Shown piece by piece: positions 1 to 9,617 of a stretch of 64,000 bases of DNA (positions are counted from its first letter, which is position 1; the number at the start of each line of letters is the position of its first letter). The translations under genes and the position numbers were made by a program. Source of the stretch: an uncultured Eubacteriales bacterium (GTDB taxonomy: Bacteria > Acidobacteriota > Aminicenantia > Aminicenantales > Aminicenantaceae); the NCBI GenBank assembly GCA_964557845.1, contig CAZLBV010000215.1, positions 3,582 to 67,581 on the forward strand. The letters are read 5' to 3'. The notes below the pieces were generated by a model. That model had not been told where the DNA came from and did no database searches. It saw nothing but the letters and a program-made list of their open reading frames with translations.

Positions 1-591
1 ATCATGGGTGACAACAGCGATGCCAATACCTTCGCTAGATAATTTTTGCAGGAGCCGGAAAAAACGGATCCCGCTGTGGACATCCAATGCTGATGACGGC
101 TCATCCAGAAGGAGTATTTTAGGTTTCTGTGCCAGAACAGATGCGAGAAAAGCCCTCTTTCTTTCTCCTCCTGAAAGATGGGATAGACGCCGGTCTCGAA
201 GGGAATCCATACCGGTAATTTCAAGGCTCTCCTGAATTATGGTAAGGTCATGGCTTCCCATCGTTCCCCAACCATGAAGGTGGGGATACCGCCCCATATA
301 TGCCAGTTCCTCAACCGTATAATCATATTCATTGGTAAGATATTGCGGCAGATATCCAATAGTGCGGGCGATGATCCGTCTTTTTATTTGACTAATATTT
401 TCTCCGTTGATCTGTACTGTTCCTTTATTAGGTTTAAGGATTCCTGCTGCGATGCGTAATAATGTTGTTTTTCCTGAACCATTGGGCCCAATAATTCCCA
501 AAACATGGCCAGAGGGAACAGCAAGGCTGGCTATGCTGAGTTTCCAGCTTGATTCCGGGTAAAGATGCCATATATTGCTTAATTGGAGCAT
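1..591 (-). CDS. ABC transporter ATP-binding protein of the iron-siderophore/cobalamin (FecE/BtuD) type; N-terminal ~197 aa, C-terminus lies beyond the window edge
   Basis: Not in the ORF track because it runs off the window. Reverse-strand translation from ATG (complement of 589-591) gives MLQLSNIWHLYPESSWKLS...GPNGSGKTTLLRIAAGILKP (Walker A), YLPQ (Q-loop), LSGGERKRAFLASVLAQ (ABC signature) and LLLDEPSSALD (Walker B). The start lies 3 nt from the stop of the upstream binding-protein gene. Confidence 0.8.
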   Translation of the reverse strand, partial: MLQLSNIWHLYPESSWKLSIASLAVPSGHVLGIIGPNGSGKTTLLRIAAGILKPNKGTVQINGENISQIKRRIIARTIGYLPQYLTNEYDYTVEELAYMGRYPHLHGWGTMGSHDLTIIQESLEITGMDSLRDRRLSHLSGGERKRAFLASVLAQKPKILLLDEPSSALDVHSGIRFFRLLQKLSSEGIGIAVVTHD

Positions 592-594
592 TTT

Positions 595-1530
595 TTAATT
601 TCCAGGGAAATCATAGATTCCGGGATGTATGACTTGGGCCATTTTTATAGCAGCCTTGGGGATACGCATCCCTGGGATCAAGAGATAATCATCGGTAAGA
701 AAATGAATGTTGCCGGTTCTAACTGCTGTCAGAATATCCAGGCGCTGCCAATCTTTTTTTAGCATTTTCTTATTTTCGACAGAAAATCCATCAGGAAAGA
801 TCTCAATTATGATATCTGGTTGACGCATAAGCAATGCTTCTTTGGATATATGAGGGTATAATCCTTCAAGGTTTGCAAAAATATTCTTGCCGCCTGCAAT
901 TTCAATGATCTCATTCAGAAATGTACCGGATGTCGTGGTCATTAATCCGGTCAGATCCCCTGGGGTATGTCCTAATGTTATGAACACCTTTTTTGGGGTC
1001 AGGCGAGAGGTTTTTTCTCTGATCTCATCCAATTCTCTTTTAAGCTGGTTAGCCAGACATTCAGCCTTAACCTTTCGATCTAATTTGCTGCCAATAATAT
1101 GAATGGCTGAGAAGACATCCTCCAGTGAATCCATATTAACAGAGAGAAAATCAATCTCCTGAGACCGGCAGAACTGGGCCAAAGATTCATGTTTCCCTTG
1201 GGTTATCACAAGGTCAGGCTGAAGTGCTGTTAAAATCTCCAGGTTAGGATTGAATAAACCCCCGATCTTCGGTTTGTTTTTGGCATTAGGAGGGAAAATA
1301 GTAAAATCACTCACTCCTATTATATGATCGCCCCTACCGAGTGCATACACAATCTCGGTTATTCCTGGGGAGGCAGTTATCAACCGTGTTGGATTTTTTA
1401 ATTTTGACGAGGGTTGATCCTGAGATGATGAAGCCGAAGACGATATTTCAGAGTTACACCCAAGAGACAACAATAAGGTCAAAACAACAAAAAACTTCCA
1501 GGAAACTGACAAAACCTTTTGTAAGATCAT
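595..1530 (-). CDS. ABC transporter periplasmic substrate-binding lipoprotein, class III (FecB/BtuF/FepB-like, iron-siderophore or cobalamin)
   Basis: 311-aa ORF with an N-terminal signal and lipobox (LLLSLGC). Its topology and motifs (ITASPGITEIVYALG, DLVI) fit the FecB/BtuF family. It is co-oriented with the downstream ABC ATPase and almost abuts it. Confidence 0.7.
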   Translation of the reverse strand: MILQKVLSVSWKFFVVLTLLLSLGCNSEISSSASSSQDQPSSKLKNPTRLITASPGITEIVYALGRGDHIIGVSDFTIFPPNAKNKPKIGGLFNPNLEILTALQPDLVITQGKHESLAQFCRSQEIDFLSVNMDSLEDVFSAIHIIGSKLDRKVKAECLANQLKRELDEIREKTSRLTPKKVFITLGHTPGDLTGLMTTTSGTFLNEIIEIAGGKNIFANLEGLYPHISKEALLMRQPDIIIEIFPDGFSVENKKMLKKDWQRLDILTAVRTGNIHFLTDDYLLIPGMRIPKAAIKMAQVIHPGIYDFPGN

Positions 1531-1858
1531 CTGTTTTTTTCTGAGAAAATAGTCAACCTAAGAAAAACACATACTTAAATAGGTAGAAAAAATAATTGTT
1601 GCTGTTTGAACACTTTTTGTCAACTTGGATTAAAATGATTGTGTGAGAATCTACTAAAATAATAAAAAATATTTTGACATTATAATATTAGAATAATAAA
1701 ATTATTAATGGACACAGAGTGAAAGGGCTGCATAGCTGCTTTTAGGGATTTGTAAAAATTGTCTTCAGAAAGACTAGGAACAGATTACAAAAAAGGAATT
1801 TGATCATAAAAAGGCTATGATAGATACCTCGAAACAAATAATTAAAAGGAGAATAAAA

Positions 1859-2020
1859 ATGGAAAAATACAGATGTACAGTTTGTGGTTATGTTTATGAC
1901 CCTGAAAAGGGTGATCCTGATTCCGGGGTACCTGCCGGCACAATCTTCGCAGATCTGCCGGATGATTGGGTATGTCCGGTTTGCGGCGCGCCTAAAGATG
2001 CTTTTGAAATAGAGGAGTAA
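1859..2020 (+). CDS. rd: rubredoxin
   Basis: 53 aa, [19 protein letters not shown]...[19 protein letters not shown], with the two canonical CxxCG knuckles. An AGGAG Shine-Dalgarno sits 7 nt upstream of ATG at 1859. The ORF track starts further upstream at 1817, which probably over-extends the gene. Confidence 0.9.
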   Translation: MEKYRCTVCGYVYDPEKGDPDSGVPAGTIFADLPDDWVCPVCGAPKDAFEIEE

Positions 2021-2023
2021 AAA

Positions 2024-3199
2024 GTGGTGCCGTTAGAAATAAGTAAAGATCTATATTGGGTCGGAGGGATAGACTGGGATCTCAGGGATTTTCACGGATA
2101 TCTGACCCAGCGTGGTTCAACGTATAATGCTTACCTGATACTAGATGAAAAGGTTATTCTGGTTGATACCGTAAAACATTATCTTTTCGATGAGATGATC
2201 AGCAGGATAAGTCAGATAATAGATCCGGCCAAGATCGATATAATTCTTTCCAATCATGTTGAGATGGATCATTCCGGTTCAATTCCGAAGGTGCTGGAAT
2301 TAGCCCCTAAAGCAGAAGTGATCACTTCAACCCAAGGCGAAAAGGGGCTGCGCAGACATTACAAGCAGGACTGGAAATTCCGTGTAATGAATTCCGGAGA
2401 ATCTTATAAGATAGGGAAAAGAACACTGCATTTTGTCCATACTCCTATGGTACATTGGCCGGATAATATGGTGACTTATTTAGAGGAAGATAAGATTCTT
2501 TTATCCAATGATGCCTTCGGACAGCATATTGCATCTTCTGAAAGATACGATGCTGAGGTTGGCTGGGATATTGTTAGAGAAGAAGCCGCCAAATATTATG
2601 CCAATATTGTGATGCCCTATGGAGACCAGACCAAAAAAGCTTTAGATGTAGTTTCAGGATTAGAGATCGAGAAGATTTGTCCCAGTCATGGAGTGATCTG
2701 GCGGTCATACATTCCTCGTATAGTGGAACAATACAAAAGATGGGCCGATTACGCGAGCGAAAACAAAGCGCTGATCGTATATGACTCCATGTGGGGATCT
2801 ACCGCTAAGATAGCAGAGAAACTCAAGGAGGGGCTGGAAGAAAGCGGCCTTGGGGTTACAATTAGAAACTTAAAGACAAATCACATATCCGATATCATGA
2901 CCGATCTAATAGATACCCGCTTGATATTGATCGGTTCTCCTACTCTGAACAATGGAATGCTTCCTACTATGGGAAGTTTTTTAACTTATTTAAAGGGTTT
3001 AAGGCCCAAAAAGAGGATCGGATTTGCTTTCGGTTCTTTTGGGTGGGGCGGTCAGGCTGTCGGTGAGATAGAGTCAGTTATGAAAGGGCTTGGTTGGGAG
3101 ATCCCGGAGCGATCGTTGAATATTAAATTTATTCCAGATGAAGCTGAACTGAATACAGTTAAGGAAGCTGCGGTAAAATTAAGAAAACACTTAGAATAA
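2024..3199 (+). CDS. fprA: flavodiiron protein (rubredoxin:oxygen/nitric-oxide oxidoreductase, FprA/ROO family)
   Basis: 391 aa with a GTG start 4 nt after the rubredoxin stop. The N-terminal metallo-beta-lactamase-like diiron domain carries HVEMDHSG (HxExDH) and the C-terminal part is a flavodoxin-like domain (GSPTLNNGMLP). Pairing with rubredoxin is typical for O2/NO detoxification in anaerobes. Confidence 0.85.
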   Translation: MVPLEISKDLYWVGGIDWDLRDFHGYLTQRGSTYNAYLILDEKVILVDTVKHYLFDEMISRISQIIDPAKIDIILSNHVEMDHSGSIPKVLELAPKAEVITSTQGEKGLRRHYKQDWKFRVMNSGESYKIGKRTLHFVHTPMVHWPDNMVTYLEEDKILLSNDAFGQHIASSERYDAEVGWDIVREEAAKYYANIVMPYGDQTKKALDVVSGLEIEKICPSHGVIWRSYIPRIVEQYKRWADYASENKALIVYDSMWGSTAKIAEKLKEGLEESGLGVTIRNLKTNHISDIMTDLIDTRLILIGSPTLNNGMLPTMGSFLTYLKGLRPKKRIGFAFGSFGWGGQAVGEIESVMKGLGWEIPERSLNIKFIPDEAELNTVKEAAVKLRKHLE

Positions 3200-3577
3200 C
3201 TTGGAGAGATCACTATAGAAAGGAGGAGGTTACCGCTTTCTTTCCTTCTAGCAAGATCGGCAGGATGGATGAAAATCTAAAAGAGACGGTATACCATCCT
3301 TTTTCATCTTTTGAAATTTTAGCCAAAAATAGGCAAATCGAAGGAAGCCTTCGGTTAAGCCGATATTAAACGGGGGCTTTTTTCTTGATCCGATTTTTAT
3401 CTTTCCACAAGAGAGTTTCTTTTTTATTAGGCTTTTTTCATTCCCTGTATTTAATCTTATATAAAATGGCATAAGAATTGCTTTTATATATTATGATTGA
3501 AACATAAGCTTAACCTTAAAGAAGGAATGGCCTGTAAAATAGGGCTTGACTATTAACGAATGAAATAGGAGACAACA

Positions 3578-4720
3578 ATGGAACATGAAAAGAATTGGTG
3601 GGTATATCCGGGCTTTAAAATTAAAATGGTTGTGTCTGACCTTTATTTGCCAGTTAATATTTCTTTTGTAAAGAAACCTGGTGAAAGTAATCGAGACCCC
3701 CTTTTTTATGTGACTGAATTGTATGGTACCGTAAAAGTTATAACAAAGAATTACACGGTTCATACTTATGCTGAAGATTTATTGAATTATAGGGGAAGCG
3801 CTGAATTCCCCGGGAGCGGAGAATCTGGGTTGACCGGGATCTGCGTGGAGCCGGAATCTGGGGACCTTTTTCTTTCCATGCTTTACAAAGACGGAGATGA
3901 TTTCAAAGGTAAAGTTATAAGAGCTATCAGTAGCCGAGATGGTTTGAAGATGAAGGCTAGTGAAACAGTTATCGATAATATTCCTTCAACAAGACGTGCT
4001 CATCAGGTCCAAGCGGTTACTATTGGTCCAGATAATAAACTGTATATCAACATTGGTGACGGAGGAGATTGGACAAAATCTCAAGATAAAAATGATCTAA
4101 GAGGTAAAATTTTACGGTTAAGCCAAAATGGTAAGATCCCGTGGGATAATCCCGATCCAAATAGTCCGGTTTATGCTAAAGGATTAAGGAATCCTTTTGG
4201 AGCTGTTTGGAGAAAGAGCGACAGCTCTCTTTATATTGCAGGAAATGGACCTGATGTGGATGACCGCATCGCTAAAATCATGCCTTTTGAAAATTACGGA
4301 TGGCCAGGTACGATGAGAAAAAATAGCATTTTTTGGTGGCATTATACCCAAGCCCCGACAGCCCTCGATTTTATGCAGGACGGTCAGTTCCCGGCTCAGT
4401 TTGGGGATCATCTCTTTGTAGCTTTATTTGGAGCCGCTTATCAAAAAGGTCCACATGAGAAGGGGAAAAAAATAATCAAAATCCAACTGAATGAATCAGC
4501 AACATCAGTCAAATCTTACGATCACTTTGTGGTATATAAAGGAAAAGAAGCTGCTAGTCCCTGTGGTCTTGCATTTGGCCCAGATGGTTTATATTTTTCT
4601 GATCTTCATGGAGAAAAAATGGGTGCAGGGAATATCTTCAAGATTGTTCCTGATTGGGATAAACTAAAAGAAATGAGAAAGAAAACAGAAGAATATGATA
4701 AGATTTGGAATTCTTCTTAG
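3578..4720 (+). CDS. PQQ-dependent sugar (glucose/sorbosone) dehydrogenase-like beta-propeller protein
   Basis: 380 aa containing the GLRNPFG motif and a beta-propeller-like repeat pattern characteristic of the soluble quinoprotein dehydrogenase family. No signal peptide is visible. Confidence 0.5.
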   Translation: MEHEKNWWVYPGFKIKMVVSDLYLPVNISFVKKPGESNRDPLFYVTELYGTVKVITKNYTVHTYAEDLLNYRGSAEFPGSGESGLTGICVEPESGDLFLSMLYKDGDDFKGKVIRAISSRDGLKMKASETVIDNIPSTRRAHQVQAVTIGPDNKLYINIGDGGDWTKSQDKNDLRGKILRLSQNGKIPWDNPDPNSPVYAKGLRNPFGAVWRKSDSSLYIAGNGPDVDDRIAKIMPFENYGWPGTMRKNSIFWWHYTQAPTALDFMQDGQFPAQFGDHLFVALFGAAYQKGPHEKGKKIIKIQLNESATSVKSYDHFVVYKGKEAASPCGLAFGPDGLYFSDLHGEKMGAGNIFKIVPDWDKLKEMRKKTEEYDKIWNSS

Positions 4721-4843
4721 CGCCGGATATCAGATCCTGCGTGACAATTAAGACGATTAATAACACTCGAAGATTATATAAAGCGGCTTAGGGAATTGAC
4801 ATGATGATTAATCCGTATTATTGTTTTATCCACGAGGACTTCG

Positions 4844-5263
4844 ATGTCAAAAGTCACAAGATTTGGTGTGTCGCTTGATGATGAATTGCTTCATAAATTT
4901 GACGCCTTGATCGAGAAAACTGGTTATTCCAGCCGCTCCGAAGCCATTCGAGACCTGATTAGAAATAGAATGGTAGAAGAAGAGTGGAAAGAGGAAAGTA
5001 CGATTACAGTAGGAATACTCGGCCTTACTTTTGATCATGACGCCCGGGAGCTTACTGAAAAGTTAACCAAGATCCAGCATCAATATATTGATGCTATTGT
5101 ATCTTCTACCCATCTTCATCTGGATTCCCATAATTGCCTCGAGGTCATTTTACTTAAAGGGGAAAGCGGCCTGATCAAAAAGATCGCAGACGAACTTATT
5201 AGCACCCGAAGAGTTAAGCATGGGAAGTTATTAACGATGTCCACTGGCTCACAACTTTCCTGA
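4844..5263 (+). CDS. nikR: nickel-responsive transcriptional regulator NikR
   Basis: 139 aa. The N-terminus is a ribbon-helix-helix (RFGVSLDDELLHKFDALIEKTGYSSRSEAIRDLIR) and the C-terminus is a His/Cys-containing metal-binding domain (HLHLDSHNCLEV). Both are diagnostic of NikR. Confidence 0.85.
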   Translation: MSKVTRFGVSLDDELLHKFDALIEKTGYSSRSEAIRDLIRNRMVEEEWKEESTITVGILGLTFDHDARELTEKLTKIQHQYIDAIVSSTHLHLDSHNCLEVILLKGESGLIKKIADELISTRRVKHGKLLTMSTGSQLS

Positions 5264-5472
5264 ATCATCAGTAAAATAGGCCGATTTGTATCAATCTCTT
5301 TTCAATCTTGGACAAATAGTTTTCAAAATTAAGGAATATTGAATCGGTCATGGTGCTGGTTTAATTTATTATCAGCCTCTTTTACCCCACTGGGGTGGGG
5401 CGCGCTGATGTCAGCCCAAACACGTCAATGCCTCGAGTTCGAGGTGTTAATCATGAAACAAGAAAAAAGATA

Positions 5473-5504
5473 AAGGCTGCCCTTTTATGAAAAAAGGGCA
5501 GCCT
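5473..5504. terminator. perfect 14-bp inverted repeat hairpin (AAGGCTGCCCTTTT-atga-AAAAGGGCAGCCTT), candidate bidirectional rho-independent terminator
   Basis: Read directly from the sequence. The GC core of the stem is flanked by T/A runs on both arms, and a T-rich tail follows on the minus strand (read as TTTATCTTTTTTCTTG). It lies about 210 nt downstream of the nikR stop. Confidence 0.5.
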
Positions 5505-6100
5505 TAAAAGGGGATGGATTAAAAGATTAGGTGATTTATGTAAAATCCTTCGAAAAAAGGAGGGGTTAAAAGGAGGGATTTACATTTTCTGTTGCGTCTT
5601 TCTTTCCTCATTTTTGTCATTCCATATATATATACGCTGGTTTTGGGAAAAAAGTTGCCAATTATGCTTGAAAACAAGAGATTTTTATGTTTTTTTCCTA
5701 AATTAGGAAATTCATTAAAAAATTTGGTCATCAATTTAGTTTTTTAATCATGAAAAGAAATATGAAAGTATCCTAAAAGAAGGGAAATTATACTGTAACT
5801 TGTTGAAAACAAATAATATGTTTTACTTTTCTTATTTGATCTAACCCCTTAACCAATGCTATGAAAATATTATATCATAAATTATTATAAAATATCAAGC
5901 TTTTATTCAAATTTTTTATTATTTTCAATTAATTAGTTTGTTATGGCAGTTTTTTGCCTTATATTGCACCAAATTTACATGTTTTTTTGACTTTATATAA
6001 AAACAACACCTGATCGCTAATTTCTAAAAGAACCTTTGACTTAGGAAAAATGTTATTTTACTATGAATAATCCGGGTAAATTTTTAAGAGGATAAGTAAC

Positions 6101-7516
6101 ATGGATAAAGAGGAATTTAAAAAATACGGATATCAGTTCATCGATTGGATCGCTGATTATTTAGATGAGCTTGAAAAGTATCCTGTGTCTGCAAAAACAA
6201 GACCAGGTGAGATAAAAAGGAATTTGCAGGATAAAATTCCTGAGCATGGTGAAGATATGGATGTTATCTTCAGGGATTTTAAGGAGATTATCCTCCCGGG
6301 CATGACTCACTGGCAGCATCCTTCCTGGTTTGCCTATTTTCCGGCAAACAACAGCCAGCCTTCCATTCTGGCTGAGCTTTTGACCGCAGGCATGGGAGCC
6401 CAATGTATGAGCTGGCAAACTTCTCCGGCAGCTACGGAACTAGAGGAAGTAGTCATGGAATGGCTGCGCAAGATGCTTGGTCTTTCCGAAGGAATGGAGG
6501 GCGTTATTCAAGATACGGCTTCTACATCTTCTTTAGTGGCCTTGCTTTCAGCGAGAGAAAAAGCCACAAACTTTGTTTCTAATCAAAAGGGGATGAATAA
6601 TGACCTGGTTGTCTATACTTCAGAAGAGGCACATTCTAGTATTGAGAAAGGGGCCAAGATTGCCGGTTATGGGAAAGAGAACATAAGACTTATTCCAACT
6701 GCTCTGAATTATGCTATGATCCCGCCCCAATTGGAAAATGCCATAATCAGAGATAAAGAGAGGGGCTTGAAACCTGCTTGTGTTGTCGCTACTGTAGGCA
6801 CAACATCTTCCGGTGCGCTTGATCCTCTTTTGCTCATTGGCAAGATCTGCAAGTACTATGATGTCTGGCTTCATGTGGATGCTGCCTATGCTGGATTGGC
6901 TGCCATGCTACCCGAAAAAAAACAGATCCTGAATGGGATCGAATATGCTGATTCCTTTGTCTTCAATCCTCATAAATGGATGTTAACCAATTTTGACTGC
7001 TCTGCTTATTTTGTGAAAGATAAAAACACTCTACTGAAAACATTTGAGATCCATCCGGAATATTTGAAAACTCAGATGGATGCCATGGTTAAGAACTACA
7101 GAGATTGGGGGATACAATTAGGAAGACGGTTTAGAGCTCTGAAATTGTGGTTTGTCCTTAGGTATTATGGAGAAGAAGGCCTGCGTAGGATGGTGAAAGA
7201 ACATATACGCCTTGCTCAGCTCTTTAAGGGTTTCATAGAAGGTCATGATAATTTTGAATTAATGGCACCGGTTGATCTGAGCTTGGTGTGTTTCCGGTTA
7301 AATGACGGCCGGCCGGAAGAAACCATGAATCTGATTAATAAAAAGTTCTTAGATAGAATAAATCAAACCGGAAAATTATTTTTGACATCAACCAATTTAA
7401 AAGGAAAATTTGTTCTCCGTTTTGTGGTCGGGTCCAGAACGACAGGAGAAGTCCATGTCCGGGCAGCATGGGATTTGATTATGAAGACTGGAGAAGATAT
7501 CCTTTCCAAGATGTAA
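6101..7516 (+). CDS. PLP-dependent aromatic-L-amino-acid (tyrosine/tryptophan) decarboxylase, group II decarboxylase family
   Basis: 471 aa with the group-II decarboxylase PLP-lysine motif FNPHKWMLTNFDCS. The overall layout is similar to DDC/TyrDC. Confidence 0.8.
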   Translation: MDKEEFKKYGYQFIDWIADYLDELEKYPVSAKTRPGEIKRNLQDKIPEHGEDMDVIFRDFKEIILPGMTHWQHPSWFAYFPANNSQPSILAELLTAGMGAQCMSWQTSPAATELEEVVMEWLRKMLGLSEGMEGVIQDTASTSSLVALLSAREKATNFVSNQKGMNNDLVVYTSEEAHSSIEKGAKIAGYGKENIRLIPTALNYAMIPPQLENAIIRDKERGLKPACVVATVGTTSSGALDPLLLIGKICKYYDVWLHVDAAYAGLAAMLPEKKQILNGIEYADSFVFNPHKWMLTNFDCSAYFVKDKNTLLKTFEIHPEYLKTQMDAMVKNYRDWGIQLGRRFRALKLWFVLRYYGEEGLRRMVKEHIRLAQLFKGFIEGHDNFELMAPVDLSLVCFRLNDGRPEETMNLINKKFLDRINQTGKLFLTSTNLKGKFVLRFVVGSRTTGEVHVRAAWDLIMKTGEDILSKM

Positions 7517-7543
7517 CGCCTATTGTACAAATAATTCAGAAAT

Positions 7544-8554
7544 TTAGCTGATAACTCCGTTGGTGTATAACTTAACATGCAAAATATAATCCACTAATAC
7601 ATCATAGTTTTCGGCAAACCTATTAACTCTTTCTTCGAGTGAGCTTTTCCCTAGGAGTTTAACTTCGATCTGATCAAGATATATATAATTAACAACAGCA
7701 CGTGCATGTATGGCTTCCAGAGGTTCCAGTGCTTTAAAAAGTTTTAAGGCCTTATTTTTTACAAGGGTCACGTCCCATTTTTTTAAATCAAGAAGATGTC
7801 GTATTTTAAGAGAAGGATAAATTAAATTCCGTGCCAGAAAAGTCTGTCTTATTGTTTGCTTGCATTCCTCGATAGTATCTTCGGAATACAGACCTTTTTT
7901 TTGAGTGGGGATGGGAAGAAATTCTGCGATCGTATCGAATATCAGCTTTTTGTTTTCTTTTCCATAGATCCAACCTACATATGGAATGAGAATGCCGCTC
8001 TTTAACAGATTTAATTTTTTTTCTTTGAACCTGGATCCTAAAAAACTATCCTGATAAACATCTCTTGGTTGTTCGTTATAGTATTTACTCAAATAGTTTC
8101 CCAACCCATACATATATGAATTCATTATCATCCCTATCTGAGAAAGGTCTAAAAATGTAATGGGATCCGTTCGGACACCCTTTTCAACTTTACCAGAACA
8201 CATCATAAAAAGATCACAAGCCAGAAACAAAGATTTTCTGGTGAAATCTAGAATATATTTCCTTTCTTCATTAGGCAGGTCTTTTATAATAAACAAAACA
8301 TCAATATCATCTTCAATAGTGGGTATCCCCCGCAGCCAGCTGCCTCTCAAGTTTATGGACAAAAAATTATCCCCATATTTAGCCTTCAGTTTCTCTCCTG
8401 TTTCATTAAGAGTGTCTTCGAGCAGGTCAAACAGTCTATTTCTTCTAAGGGGATTATCCGGGTGGAAAAAAGGAAACCTGAACTCATGGCTTGCTCTGAG
8501 GTAAAATTTAATGGTTTTGATGTCTGTTTTTTTATTAATGGAATATTCAGCCAT
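7544..8554 (-). CDS. orphan Pol-beta-superfamily nucleotidyltransferase with a ~220-aa C-terminal helical domain; substrate unknown
   Basis: 336 aa. The minimal nucleotidyltransferase signature GS-x11-DDIDVLFII sits at residues ~70-90 (LRGSWLRGIPTIEDDIDVLFIIKD), followed by a possible third acidic residue (LACDLF). There is no recognisable partner gene, and it lies between convergent and divergent neighbours. Confidence 0.55.
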   Translation of the reverse strand: MAEYSINKKTDIKTIKFYLRASHEFRFPFFHPDNPLRRNRLFDLLEDTLNETGEKLKAKYGDNFLSINLRGSWLRGIPTIEDDIDVLFIIKDLPNEERKYILDFTRKSLFLACDLFMMCSGKVEKGVRTDPITFLDLSQIGMIMNSYMYGLGNYLSKYYNEQPRDVYQDSFLGSRFKEKKLNLLKSGILIPYVGWIYGKENKKLIFDTIAEFLPIPTQKKGLYSEDTIEECKQTIRQTFLARNLIYPSLKIRHLLDLKKWDVTLVKNKALKLFKALEPLEAIHARAVVNYIYLDQIEVKLLGKSSLEERVNRFAENYDVLVDYILHVKLYTNGVIS

Positions 8555-8678
8555 TTTATGATTTCTCTAACGGCAATTTTAATTCTTATGATCGATATTT
8601 TCAACGTTTTAAAAACTTGAAGATACAGAAGTAAAAGTGTACATTATTCACTGAAATCTACGAAAAATAGCCAGAAAA

Positions 8679-9617
8679 ATGATCGTTCTTACCGACAGTA
8701 TCTCTTTTGCAGAATGTTTGATCCTTCCAGGACAAAGTTGGGTTAAAAGGGATATTTCTTATTTTGATGAAAATACTGCTTTAAAGGAAATAGCCTCTGA
8801 GATTTTTCCTGATGGATCATTCTATCAAACAGATGTTTTCTCAGGGTGGAGATGGAGTTTTGCTTTCATTTCTGAGAAATTAGGACTTTCTAATTATGAT
8901 TTAATGATAGATGTAGGCAGAATAAGAAATGATCTCCCGCATGGGCTTGTGTTTGTGGCTGGAGAGAGTAATTTCTGCCATGGACACCACGGCCGTAAAT
9001 GGACAGCTCTACCCGGGAACCTGCATTTAACGGTTTTCCTTACACCCAAATGCCGGATGGCTTTTTTCGGGACAGGATTTTCCATACTTGCGGCTGTCTC
9101 AGTGGTTGAAACCATTGATGGTTTCCAAGGATTAAAGGGAAAGGCTCAGATCAAGTGGGTCAATGATATTATTATTGGAGAGGCAAAAATCGCTGGATTC
9201 CTGGCCCATACTCACAGCATGGGAACTGAGGTTGAATCTGCCATCATCGGCATAGGAATGAATGTTGAAACTAATCCTGGTATCGGGAGTGATGATTTTA
9301 TTCCGGATTCAGTCTCCCTTTTAGAACTGGTATCGACCGAGGAAGATTGTGATCTAGGTAAGGTTTTCCGGAGGTTGCTGACTAGATTGGAGAAAAATTA
9401 TATTCAGCTTAGGACCGGAGATTATAATAAACTCCTCTCTTTTTATCGAGAAAGGTCACTGGTCATAGGACGCAAGGTGAAGATCCTTTCGGATAGAGAG
9501 GATAGCGACAAAAGTGTCATTGCTTCGGGAGTAGTCAGGAAGATAGGTGATAATTTGGAACTTTATCTTGAAGGGCGGGAGCATCCAGTCACCCATGGAC
9601 GGCTGATTTTGGAATAA
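8679..9617 (+). CDS. biotin--[acetyl-CoA-carboxylase] ligase (BirA-like catalytic domain) with a non-HTH N-terminal extension
   Basis: 312 aa. It carries a BPL catalytic-loop variant (CHGHHGRKW, versus the canonical GRGRxGRxW) and KWVNDIIIGEAKIAGFL. It sits immediately upstream of the biotin-dependent oadGAB genes. Confidence 0.7.
   Translation: MIVLTDSISFAECLILPGQSWVKRDISYFDENTALKEIASEIFPDGSFYQTDVFSGWRWSFAFISEKLGLSNYDLMIDVGRIRNDLPHGLVFVAGESNFCHGHHGRKWTALPGNLHLTVFLTPKCRMAFFGTGFSILAAVSVVETIDGFQGLKGKAQIKWVNDIIIGEAKIAGFLAHTHSMGTEVESAIIGIGMNVETNPGIGSDDFIPDSVSLLELVSTEEDCDLGKVFRRLLTRLEKNYIQLRTGDYNKLLSFYRERSLVIGRKVKILSDREDSDKSVIASGVVRKIGDNLELYLEGREHPVTHGRLILE

Noticed and set aside
8-459. Plus-strand ORFs 8-235 and 250-459 from the six-frame track
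   Set aside because: They lie antisense to a clearly coding ABC ATPase gene (Walker A, Q-loop, signature and Walker B all present on the minus strand) and have no recognisable features. They are spurious.
1545-1816. Fur or NikR operator in the divergent promoter between the ABC binding-protein gene and rubredoxin
   Set aside because: Only weak partial matches (for example AATGATTGTGTGAGAATC) and a TTGACA hexamer without a properly spaced -10. This is too weak to annotate.
3248-3763. Minus-strand ORFs 3248-3472 and 3491-3763 in the fprA / PQQ-dehydrogenase intergenic region
   Set aside because: They are AT-rich and Lys/Phe/Ile-dominated, typical of random frames in AT-rich DNA. There is no RBS or motif, and one overlaps the start of the 3578 gene. 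Treated as non-coding.
7544-9617. Possibility that the orphan nucleotidyltransferase is the cyclase of a CBASS-type defence operon
   Set aside because: No adjacent effector (patatin, TM, HNH/Endo, TIR) or Cap2/Cap3-like gene is present. The only neighbours are a decarboxylase and a biotin ligase. Kept only as an orphan NTase finding.
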